Source: Aquabacterium sp.
GTDB taxonomy: Bacteria; Pseudomonadota; Gammaproteobacteria; Burkholderiales; Burkholderiaceae_C
Reading direction: 5' to 3'
Length of the DNA: 32,193 nucleotides
Assembly (NCBI GenBank): GCA_030654555.1
Contig: JAURXG010000271.1
Location: 1 to 32,193, forward strand
Under the pieces are notes generated by a model. That model saw nothing but the letters and a program-made list of their open reading frames with translations. It was not told where the DNA came from and did no database searches. Position numbers and translations under genes: made by a program. Shown one piece after another: positions 1 through 7,918 of the stretch. Each line of letters opens with the position of its first letter. Positions within the stretch are counted from its first letter, which is position 1.

Positions 1-450
1 GCCGTACACCGCGGCGGCCGGGCCGCGCAGCACTTCGATGCGCTCGATCTGGTCGATCGGCAGCAGCTCCCACGGCGCGCCGCCGGTGGCCTGGCCATCG
101 ACGCGCAGGCCGTCGATGTAGACGGCGGTGTGGCGCGACTCGGCGCCGCGGATGAACACGCTGGTGACGCCCGCCGGCCCGCCGTTGCGGGCGAACTGCA
201 CGCCCGGCAACTGGGCCAGCAGGTCGGCGGCGCAGGTGGCGCCGCTGCGCTCGATGGCATCGCGCTCGAGCACCGAGATATCGGCCAGCACCCGCGACAG
301 GGGCTGGGCGGTGCGGGTGGCGGTGACCACCACGGTATCGACCGCGGTGCCCGTCTGGGCCCCCACGGCAGTGACGCAGGCGCAGCAGACCACGGCCATC
401 GTGGCGGCCACGGGCCGGCGGGCACGCAGGCCCGAGAAGTGAATCGACAT
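1..450 (-). CDS. btuB: TonB-dependent vitamin B12 receptor, N-terminal 150 aa (runs off the window edge)
   Basis: Not in the ORF track; translated by hand from ATG at 450: MSIHFSGLR...DTVVVTATRTAQPL...LPGVQFARNGG...VFIRG...IDG...IERIEVLRGPAAAVYG. This is a signal peptide, TonB box and plug domain, directly downstream of a cobalamin riboswitch. Confidence 0.9.
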   Translation of the reverse strand, partial: MSIHFSGLRARRPVAATMAVVCCACVTAVGAQTGTAVDTVVVTATRTAQPLSRVLADISVLERDAIERSGATCAADLLAQLPGVQFARNGGPAGVTSVFIRGAESRHTAVYIDGLRVDGQATGGAPWELLPIDQIERIEVLRGPAAAVYG

Positions 451-540
451 GTTGAGAAGGAACCAAGGCAGATCGTGCACGGCTGCTTCCCCGCAGCCAC
501 GCACCCCACGGTGTGCGGCACGAGGGCGACACACCACCTT

Positions 541-762
541 GCTGGCCGGTATCCGGGCTGGCGGAGACGACCCCTGTGGCCTTCCCGACCGTGGGCACGG
601 CCAGTGGCGTCAGACACAGGAGCGGCGGCCTCACCCGTCAAGGATCGGCCACGTCCGCTTACCGTTGCGGGGGCAGCGCAGGTTGGGTTGGCGCCTGTGG
701 GCGATCACCTTCCTGCTTCCCGTTTAACCCGGCCGCTGCGAACGGCGGCCGGAGCACCAACA
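541..762 (-). ncRNA. Cobalamin (B12) riboswitch
   Basis: Minus strand shows the hallmark motifs in order: GGTGC...AAACGGGAAGCAGG...CCTGCGCTGCCCCCGCAACGGTAA...GCCACTG...GGGAAGGC...AGCCCGGATACCGGCC. A downstream TGCGGGG (about 489-495) is complementary to the CCCCGCA segment. Lies upstream of btuB. Boundaries approximate. Confidence 0.93.
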
Positions 763-768
763 GCAGGC

Positions 769-844
769 ATCCTAACGCAGCGGCACCCCACGACGCCGGC
801 GCCCCACACCCCCGGGTGGCCGCGCGCACCCCGGCACCTACAAT
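769..844. promoter_or_regulatory. Divergent sigma70 -10-like hexamers: TAGGAT (minus, 769-774, for riboswitch/btuB) and TACAAT (plus, 839-844, for zapB operon)
   Basis: Hexamers stand out in GC-rich intergenic DNA at plausible distances from the features they would drive; no convincing -35 boxes. Confidence 0.45.
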
Positions 845-874
845 GCGGCGTTCAACAGGAGGCGGCGCCCGTCC

Positions 875-1114
875 ATGTCAAGACTCGATGATCTCGCCGA
901 ACGGATCGAACGCCTGGTGCTGCGGCACGAAGAACTGCAGCGCACCAACGCGCTGCTCGAAACCCAGCTGGGCACGGTGACCAGCGAGCGTGACAGCCTG
1001 CGCTCGCGGCTGGCCGCGGCCCGCGCCCGCATCGATGCGCTGCTCGACCGCCTGCCTGCCGAACCGCCCACCGCGCCGCTGCAGCCGGCCCCGCGTGAAC
1101 CGGACGCCCCATGA
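875..1114 (+). CDS. zapB: ZapB-like small coiled-coil cell division protein (DUF904-like)
   Basis: 79 aa with heptad pattern (LAERIERLVLRHEELQRTNALL...ARARIDALLDRLP); AGGAGG upstream; ATGA overlap with zapA. Confidence 0.75.
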   Translation: MSRLDDLAERIERLVLRHEELQRTNALLETQLGTVTSERDSLRSRLAAARARIDALLDRLPAEPPTAPLQPAPREPDAP

Positions 1115-1440
1115 AGCAGATCGAAGCCACCATCCTCGGCCAGAGCTACATGCTGGCCTGCCCGCCCGACGGCGAGGCCCTGCTGCGCGAAGCGGTGGCC
1201 ATCGTCGACCGCGAGATGAGCGCCATCCGCGACGCCGGCAAGGTCAAGGCGCGTGAGCGCATCGCCGTGCTCACCGCGCTGAACCTGGCGTACCAGCGCG
1301 CCGAACAGGCCCATGCGATCGCGCATGCACCGGCGCCCGCGCCGGCCGCGGCGATGGCGGTGGCCGACGGCGAGATGGACGTCGAACACCTGATCCGGCG
1401 CATCGACAGCGTGCTGGGCCCCGACGGCCAGTTGCTGTGA
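1111..1440 (+). CDS. zapA: Cell division protein ZapA
   Basis: MKQIEATILGQSYMLACP...VDREM..IR...ERIAVLTALNLA ZapA signature; sits immediately upstream of 6S RNA. Confidence 0.92.
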   Translation: MKQIEATILGQSYMLACPPDGEALLREAVAIVDREMSAIRDAGKVKARERIAVLTALNLAYQRAEQAHAIAHAPAPAPAAAMAVADGEMDVEHLIRRIDSVLGPDGQLL

Positions 1441-1486
1441 GAAATTCGTCGCCACAAGGGCCTTCGGGCATGCCTAGAATGGCGTC

Positions 1487-1663
1487 GTCCGTTGCGTTTC
1501 GTGGGCTTTATATTTCCTTGATCCGATGCTCATTGAGCCAGGGCTTGGAACATTGCGAGGCTGGTGTGATCGTCTCGCGTCAGATGAACCCGAAGCCTCG
1601 CTGACCTCGCCCACCTGATCTCCCACTTGGGATCAGGAATGCGGTTCACGGTTCGCAGCGGAC
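1487..1663 (+). ncRNA. ssrS: 6S RNA
   Basis: About 177-nt non-coding gap after zapA. The ends pair (GTCCGTTGCG / CGCAGCGGAC); it contains TATATTTCCTTGA and ATGAACCCGAAG bubble-flanking motifs; a TAGAAT -10 lies at 1475-1480. zapA-ssrS synteny is well established. Confidence 0.88.
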
Positions 1664-1678
1664 ACCCCCACCTTGCCC

Positions 1679-2163
<485 letters not shown>

Positions 2164-2164
<1 letters not shown>

Positions 2165-2982
2165 TGTCCTTTCTCGATCCCACCCTGGTGCTGGAACTGC
2201 TGCTGCTGGGGGTGTGCACCGGCTTCCTGGCCGGCCTGCTGGGCATCGGCGGCGGCATGCTGATGGTGCCGTTCCTGACGATGATCTTCAGCAATCGAGG
2301 CATCGAGCCGGGGCTGGCGGTGAAGATGGCCATCGCCACCTCGATGGCCACCATCCTGTTCACCTCGATCTCCAGCGTGCGCGCGCATCACCAGCGTGGC
2401 GCCGTGCGCTGGGAACTGGTGCGCCGGCTGGTGCCCGGCATCGTGCTGGGCGGGCTGCTGTCGGGCGCCGGGCTGTTCGCGCTGATCAAGGGCTCGGCGC
2501 TGGCGCTGGTTTTCGCCGCCTTCGTCGGCTTCTCGGCCACGCAGATGCTGATCGACCGCAAGCCCAAGCCCAGCCGGCAGATGCCCGGGCCGGTGGGCGC
2601 CACCGCCGCCGGTGGCTTCATCGGCCTGATCTCGGGGCTGGTGGGTGCGGGCGGCGCCTTCATCTCGGTGCCCTTCATGACCTGGTGCAACGTGGCGATG
2701 CACAACGCCGTGGCCACCAGCGCGGCGCTGGGCTTTCCGATCGCGCTGGCCAACACCGTGGGCTACGTGGTGGCCGGCTGGAACCTGCCGCAGCAGGTGC
2801 CTGGCAGCGTGGGCTACCTGATGCTGCCGGCGCTGGCGGTGATCGCCTTGGCCAGCGTGCTGATGGCGCCGCTGGGCGCACGCACCGCGCACGCGATGAA
2901 CACCAAGCAGTTGAAGAAGGTGTTCGCCTTGCTGCTGTACGGGCTGGCCAGCTACATGGCCTGGCGCGGCTTCAGCGGCTGA
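2164..2982 (+). CDS. Sulfite exporter TauE/SafE family membrane protein
   Basis: GFLAGLLGIGGGMLMVP and SGLVGAGGAFISVP repeats, AIATS/AVATS motifs, multiple TM helices; TGATG overlap with the EVE gene. Confidence 0.9.
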
Positions 2983-2991
2983 GTGCCGACG

Positions 2992-3013
2992 GGCCCGGCT
3001 GACGGGCCGGGCC
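2992..3013. terminator. GC hairpin between convergent genes
   Basis: GGCCCGGC-N6-GCCGGGCC; no U-tract. Confidence 0.35.
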
Positions 3014-3031
3014 AAGCGGCCCGCGACGCGC

Positions 3032-4057
3032 TCAACCCGGCTCGAAGCGGATGCTGGCCAGGGCCACGGTGTTGCCACCGCGGCGTTGCGCTTCGGCCAG
3101 TGCCGCGGTGCAGGCGGCGATCAGCTCGTCGTGCCCATGCGCGGTGTGCGGGAAGCTGGCCACGCCCATCGCCACGGTGAAGCCCAGCTCCTGGCCGTCG
3201 AGCATGACGATCTGCGTGGCGCATTGGCGGCGCAGGCCTTCCATGCGCGAATGGGCGGTGGCCAGGCCCACGCCCGACAGCAGCACCGCAAAGTGCTGCT
3301 CGTCCATGCGGCAGGACGCGTCCATCGCCCGGGTGTTGCCACGCAGCAGCCGGCCCATGGCCTCGCAGATGCGCTCATGCGCCCGCGCACCCAGCGCACG
3401 CACCGGTGCGCTGTAGGCGTCCAGCGCCATGTAGACCAGCGCAAATTCGCGGTGCTCGCGCGTGGACAGGTCGAGCTCGCGGCGCATCTGGTCGTCGAAG
3501 TGGGCACGGCTGTTCAGGCCGCTGGCCTGGTCGCGCAGCGCCTGCTCGGCCAGGTCGTGGCGCAAGGCGTCGTTGGCCTTCTGCTGCTGCTCGAGCTGAT
3601 CGAGCGCCACGCGCAGCTGGCTGTCGCGCTGGCGCTGCGGGGCCAGGTCTTGCCACAGGCAGCACAGCAGGCGACGCTCGCCCTGTGTGCCTGCCACGCG
3701 CAGCACCTTGAACTCGCGCCGCTCGCCACGCAGGTCGAACCGGTGATCGCTGGCCAGCGCACCGCCTTGCGCCAGCGCGGTCTGGTCGGCGGCACGCAGC
3801 AAGGTGGCGGTGGTCGGGTCGAGCAGTTCGGCGTCGGTGCGGCCGACCATGCCGGCGTCGCCGCCGCCCAGCAGCGCCGCCAGCGCCGCATTGACCATCA
3901 CGTAACGGCCGTCGTCGGCCATCTTCACGCCCAGGGCCAGCCCCTGCTGCTGGGCCTGTGCGAGCAGGGCCTGGGCCAGGACGGCGTCCAGCGCAGCGCT
4001 GGCCACCGGCACCTGAAGCAGTGCGTCGAAGCGCTCGGTTGCGGTGGTGGCGGTCAT
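3032..4057 (-). CDS. PAS + coiled coil + degenerate GGDEF domain protein
   Basis: PAS-like DGRYVMVNAA...GRTDAEL; helical linker; GGDEF fold (DQASGLNSR, FAVLL, FTVAMGVASFP, ALAEAQRRGGN) with DEQHF at the GGDEF position. Confidence 0.85.
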   Translation of the reverse strand: MTATTATERFDALLQVPVASAALDAVLAQALLAQAQQQGLALGVKMADDGRYVMVNAALAALLGGGDAGMVGRTDAELLDPTTATLLRAADQTALAQGGALASDHRFDLRGERREFKVLRVAGTQGERRLLCCLWQDLAPQRQRDSQLRVALDQLEQQQKANDALRHDLAEQALRDQASGLNSRAHFDDQMRRELDLSTREHREFALVYMALDAYSAPVRALGARAHERICEAMGRLLRGNTRAMDASCRMDEQHFAVLLSGVGLATAHSRMEGLRRQCATQIVMLDGQELGFTVAMGVASFPHTAHGHDELIAACTAALAEAQRRGGNTVALASIRFEPG

Positions 4058-4355
4058 GGCGGTGGGACGTTATGGTGGCAGGCGCGAAAGCGTGCAACGA
4101 CTTGATTCTGGGGAGCCCCCCGCCCCCCGGCAAGCAGGATGGGTCAGGTCCCCCTAGATTCGATCATACCCACCGCAGGGCCTGCGGTCGGCGCAGGCCA
4201 TCGCAGCGGTTGGCGGCACATCGGCGGGCATTTCGAGCCGGCAAAAGCTGCAGACTGTGCTAACCCGGCTGCGGGGGCTGGCCGATGGCGCGGGCGCCTG
4301 CGCCGCGGCCCGAAACTTGCGTCGAACTGACCGCGCCAATCGCGGAGATTCGACC

Positions 4356-5309
4356 ATGGGCATCGCACAGTACATCCGGGAGATCGGCCGCGGCCACGAG
4401 GGCGCGCGGTCGCTGGGCATCGAGGCCGCCGCCGACCTGATGGGCCAGGTGCTCGACGCCCAGGTCACCGACCTCGAGGTGGGTGCGTTCGCGCTGGCCA
4501 TGCGCATCAAGGGCGAGACGGTCGACGAACTGCTGGGTTTTGCGCAGGCCACGCAGGCCCGCTGCCTGGCGCTGCACAGCGATCGGCCGGTGATCGTGAT
4601 CCCCAGCTACAACGGTGCGCGCCGGCTGCCCAACCTGACGCCGCTGCTGGCGCTGCGCCTGGCGCAGGAAGGCGCCCGGGTGCTGGTGCACGGCCCGCGC
4701 CACGACCCCGATCGGGTGACCAGCGCCGAGATCTTCCAGGCCCTCGCACTGCCGCCGGCAGCCGACGCGGGCACGGTGCACGAACGCTGGCACCGGCGCG
4801 AGCCGGCCTTCATCACCACCGAGGCCCTCTGCCCGGCCCTGCAGCGCCTGCTGGACGTGCGCTGGGTGGTCGGCCTGCGCAATCCGGGCCACACCATCGC
4901 CAAGCTGCTGCAGCCGGTGGCCGATGCACCGGCGCTGCGCCTGGCCAGCCACACGCATCCCGAGTTCGGCGTGCTGCTCGCCGATCTGGCGCGGCGCAGC
5001 GGCGCCGACCTGATGCTGCTGCGGGGCACCGAGGGTGAGCCCGCGGCCGACCCGCGCCGCTGCCCGAAGATGGACGTCTGGCTGGGCGGCCTGTGGCAGG
5101 CCGATCTGTCGTGCCCGGCGCAGGACGGCGTGCTGGCCGAGATGCCCCTGCTGCCGCGCCAGATCGACGCGGCCACGGTGGCGGTCTACATCCAGGCGGT
5201 ACTGGCCGGCGAGAAACCCGGCCCGGCGCCGCTGGACCGGCAGGTGGAACTGCTGCTGCGCGCGCTGGATCGGCTGGCCGCCGGCTCGGCGCTGGGCCAG
5301 CGCGCCTGA
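4356..5309 (+). CDS. ybiB: DNA-binding protein YbiB (anthranilate phosphoribosyltransferase-like, glycosyltransferase family 3)
   Basis: MGIAQYIREIGRG..GARSL, MRIKGET, IPSYNGARRLPNLTPLLA, LRGTEGE motifs; GGAG upstream of ATG 4356. Confidence 0.9.
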   Translation: MGIAQYIREIGRGHEGARSLGIEAAADLMGQVLDAQVTDLEVGAFALAMRIKGETVDELLGFAQATQARCLALHSDRPVIVIPSYNGARRLPNLTPLLALRLAQEGARVLVHGPRHDPDRVTSAEIFQALALPPAADAGTVHERWHRREPAFITTEALCPALQRLLDVRWVVGLRNPGHTIAKLLQPVADAPALRLASHTHPEFGVLLADLARRSGADLMLLRGTEGEPAADPRRCPKMDVWLGGLWQADLSCPAQDGVLAEMPLLPRQIDAATVAVYIQAVLAGEKPGPAPLDRQVELLLRALDRLAAGSALGQRA

Positions 5310-5345
5310 GACCTCGGCGCACCGGCGCGCCGATAATCGCGCGCC

Positions 5346-6581
5346 ATGCCCGCCGCCGCCCCGCCCGCCTTCGACGTCATCGTGCTGGGCGCCGGCGCGG
5401 CCGGCCTGTTCTGCGCCGGCATCGCCGGTCAGCGCGGCCTGAAGGTGCTGCTGATCGACCATGCCGACAAGCTGGCCGAGAAGATCCGCATCTCGGGCGG
5501 CGGGCGCTGCAACTTCACCAACCGCGACACCACGCCGGCGCAGTTCCTGTCGGCCAACCCCGACTTCTGCCGCTCGGCACTGGCGCGCTACACGCCGGCC
5601 GACTTCATCACGCTGGTGCAGCGGCACGGCATCGGCTTCCACGAGAAGCACAGGGGCCAGCTGTTCTGCGACGACTCGGCCGAGCAGATCATCCAGATGC
5701 TGCTCGCCGAATGCCAGGCCGGCGGCGTGCAGCGCTGGCAGCCCTGCGCGGTGGGCGCCGTGCGCGCCGTCGACGCCGGCTTCGAGCTGGCCACCGACCG
5801 CGGCCCGGTGGGCGCCGGGCAGCTGGTGGTGGCCACCGGCGGTCTGTCGATCCCGAAGATCGGCGCCACCGACTTCGGCCACCGGCTGGCGCGCCAGTTC
5901 GGCCACAAGATCGTCGAGCCCCGCCCTGCGCTGGGGCCCCTGACCTTCGATGCCACCGACTGGGCGCCGTTCGTGCCGTTGGCCGGCGCCTCGCTGGCGG
6001 TGGACATCGCCACCGGCAGCGGCCGGCACAAGGGCCGCTTCATCGAAGACCTGCTGTTCACCCACCGCGGGCTGAGCGGGCCGGCGGTGCTGCAGATCTC
6101 CAGCTACTGGCGGCCCGGCGACGCCTTGAGCCTGAACCTGCTGCCCGGCCAGGATGCCGCCGCCTGGCTGCGCGAAGCCAAGTCCAGCTCGCGCCGGCAG
6201 CTGGGCAACCTGCTGGCCACGGCCTTGCCGCAGCGCCTGGCCGACGCCTGGCTGGCCCACCTGGGGCTGGACGCCACCCGGCCGATGCCCGAACTGCGCG
6301 ACAAAGACCTGCAGTGCCTGGCCGACTCGCTGACGCACTGGCACATCACCCCCAACGGCACCGAGGGCTGGCGCAAGGCCGAGGTGACCGCCGGCGGCGT
6401 GGACACGCGCGAACTGGATTCACGCTCGATGGCCAGCAAGCGCCAGCGCGGGCTGCACTTCATCGGCGAGGTGGTCGACGTCACCGGCTGGCTGGGTGGC
6501 TACAACTTCCAGTGGGCCTGGGCCAGCGCCGCGGCCTGCGCCCAGGCCCTGACGGCCCGGGCCATGGCCCTGGCAGGCTGA
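5346..6581 (+). CDS. HI0933/YhiN/BaiN family NAD(P)/FAD-dependent oxidoreductase
   Basis: GAGAAG, KIRISGGGRCNFTN, ATGGLSIP, LFTHRGLSGP, VTAGGV, GEVVDVTGWLGGYNFQWAW. Confidence 0.93.
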   Translation: MPAAAPPAFDVIVLGAGAAGLFCAGIAGQRGLKVLLIDHADKLAEKIRISGGGRCNFTNRDTTPAQFLSANPDFCRSALARYTPADFITLVQRHGIGFHEKHRGQLFCDDSAEQIIQMLLAECQAGGVQRWQPCAVGAVRAVDAGFELATDRGPVGAGQLVVATGGLSIPKIGATDFGHRLARQFGHKIVEPRPALGPLTFDATDWAPFVPLAGASLAVDIATGSGRHKGRFIEDLLFTHRGLSGPAVLQISSYWRPGDALSLNLLPGQDAAAWLREAKSSSRRQLGNLLATALPQRLADAWLAHLGLDATRPMPELRDKDLQCLADSLTHWHITPNGTEGWRKAEVTAGGVDTRELDSRSMASKRQRGLHFIGEVVDVTGWLGGYNFQWAWASAAACAQALTARAMALAG

Positions 6582-6600
6582 ACGAGCGCCGCGGCCCATA

Positions 6601-6630
6601 TTGGCAATGCGTGCATTTTCGAAGTAGAAT
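6601..6630 (+). promoter_or_regulatory. Putative sigma70 promoter of rpsU
   Basis: TTGGCA (6601-6606) - 18 nt - TAGAAT (6625-6630). Confidence 0.55.
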
Positions 6631-6759
6631 CCCCGCTTTGCTGGCAAACCGTGCGTGGTTTTCTCAGCCTGGCAAATTCGAAGCATCTTCGAACATTCCG
6701 GCCGGAATGCGACTGACCCAGAAACACCACGCAAACTCACCCTAGGATTTTTTGATTAC

Positions 6760-6972
6760 ATGACCACGATTCGCGTCAAGGAAAACGAGCCGTTCGACGT
6801 AGCACTGCGTCGCTTCAAGCGCACGATCGAGAAGCTGGGCCTTCTCACCGATCTGCGGGCTCGCGAGTTCTACGAGAAGCCCACCGCCGAGCGCAAGCGC
6901 AAGAAGGCGGCCGCGGTCAAGCGTCATTACAAGCGCGTGCGCAGCATGCAGCTCCCGAAGAAGCTCTACTGA
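6760..6972 (+). CDS. rpsU: 30S ribosomal protein S21
   Basis: [21 protein letters not shown]...[21 protein letters not shown]...PKKLY, 70 aa. Confidence 0.97.
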
Positions 6973-7000
6973 GCTTCCGGCCCAAGAAGCTGTACTGAGC
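6955..7000 (+). repeat. Imperfect 20-bp direct repeat of the rpsU 3' end
   Basis: CCGAAGAAGCTCTACTGAGC (6955-6974) and CCCAAGAAGCTGTACTGAGC (6981-7000): 18/20 identical. Confidence 0.85.
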
Positions 7001-7016
7001 CTGCACGCCAGGACAG

Positions 7017-7049
7017 ACGCCCGCGCGGGACGCCGCAGCGGGCGTTTTT
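7017..7049 (+). terminator. Intrinsic terminator after rpsU
   Basis: ACGCCCGC-GCGG-gacg-CCGC-a-GCGGGCGT followed by TTTT. Confidence 0.75.
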
Positions 7050-7070
7050 CATTCCCCGACCCGAAAGCCG

Positions 7071-7523
7071 ATGACCATGACGCTCAAAGACCAGATCACC
7101 GAGGACATGAAGACCGCCATGCGCGCCAAGGCGGCCGACCGCCTGTCGACCATCCGCATGCTGCTGGCCGCGATCAAGCAGCGCGAGGTGGACGAGCGCA
7201 TCGTGCTCGACGATGCCGCCATCGTCGCCATCGTCGACAAGACGATCAAGCAGCGCAAGGATTCGATCGCCGCATTCCAGTCGGCCGGCCGCACCGACCT
7301 GGTCGACAAGGAAACCGCCGAACTCGCCGTGTTGCAGGCCTACCTGCCCGCGCGGCTGTCGGCCGACGAGGTCACCGCGGCGGTGGCCGCGATCGTGGCC
7401 GACCTGGGCGGGTCGGGCCCGGGCGACATGGGCAAGGTGATGGGCGCGGTGAAGGCCCAGCTGGCCGGCAAGGCCGACATGGGTGCGGTGTCGGCAGCCG
7501 TGAAGGCCGCGCTGTCGAAGTAA
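7071..7523 (+). CDS. GatB/YqeY domain protein (start may be 7077)
   Basis: LKDQITEDMKTAMRAK...IKQRKDSI..F...GR.DL...YLP..LS...DMGKVMG...GKAD; rpsU-yqeY synteny. Confidence 0.93.
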   Translation: MTMTLKDQITEDMKTAMRAKAADRLSTIRMLLAAIKQREVDERIVLDDAAIVAIVDKTIKQRKDSIAAFQSAGRTDLVDKETAELAVLQAYLPARLSADEVTAAVAAIVADLGGSGPGDMGKVMGAVKAQLAGKADMGAVSAAVKAALSK

Positions 7524-7534
7524 GCTTGGCGGCC

Positions 7535-7888
7535 ATGCACACCCACACCACCCTGGCCCTGCGCCCGATCGCCGACACCGTCTGCGTGGCACCTCAACTC
7601 ACGCCCGAGGCGATGGCCGAGGCGGCCCGCATCGGCTTCAAGAGCGTGGTCAACAACCGGCCCGACTTCGAGCATGGCCCCGACCAGCCGACCAGCGCCG
7701 CCATCGAGGCCGCCGCCATCGCCGCCGGGCTGCAGTACCGCCACCTGCCGGTGGACGGCGGCTATCAGTCGCCGGAGCAGATCGCCGCGATGGCGAAGCT
7801 GCTGGCCGAGTTGCCGCAGCCGCTGCTGATGTTCTGCCGCTCGGGCGCCCGCTCGACCCGCCTGTACCACCAGGCCCTGGCGCTCTGA
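7535..7888 (+). CDS. TIGR01244/DUF442 family sulfur transferase (phosphatase-like fold)
   Basis: VAPQLTP...GFKSVVNNRPD.E...QP...FCRSGARS. Confidence 0.85.
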   Translation: MHTHTTLALRPIADTVCVAPQLTPEAMAEAARIGFKSVVNNRPDFEHGPDQPTSAAIEAAAIAAGLQYRHLPVDGGYQSPEQIAAMAKLLAELPQPLLMFCRSGARSTRLYHQALAL

Positions 7889-7918
7889 CCGCGCCGGGCC
7901 GGCGCGCCGGCGCCGCGC

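Noticed and set aside
128-980. Plus-strand ORFs over the btuB and riboswitch region
   Set aside because: Explained by btuB on the minus strand and the cobalamin riboswitch.
4260-6344. Long antisense or alternative-frame ORFs (e.g. 694 aa here; also 15448-17553, 16563-18716, 20705-23011, 26277-28346)
   Set aside because: Shadow ORFs of high-GC genes: low-complexity Arg/Ala/Gly/Pro translations with no motifs, overlapping well-supported genes.
6655-6759. N-terminal extensions proposed by the ORF track (rpsU, also vanA, dctM, P450, ferredoxin, MetE-like)
   Set aside because: Family N-termini, SD positions and ATGA overlaps support the downstream ATGs.
6970-7000. Stop-codon readthrough of rpsU into the second PKKLY copy
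   Set aside because: The copies are offset by 26 nt, so the second is out of frame.
7889-7918. GC-only palindromic spacers between convergent genes (also 17302-17342, 21560-21585, 28014-28048)
   Set aside because: Short, dissimilar to each other and expected at this GC content; not supportable as a repeat family.
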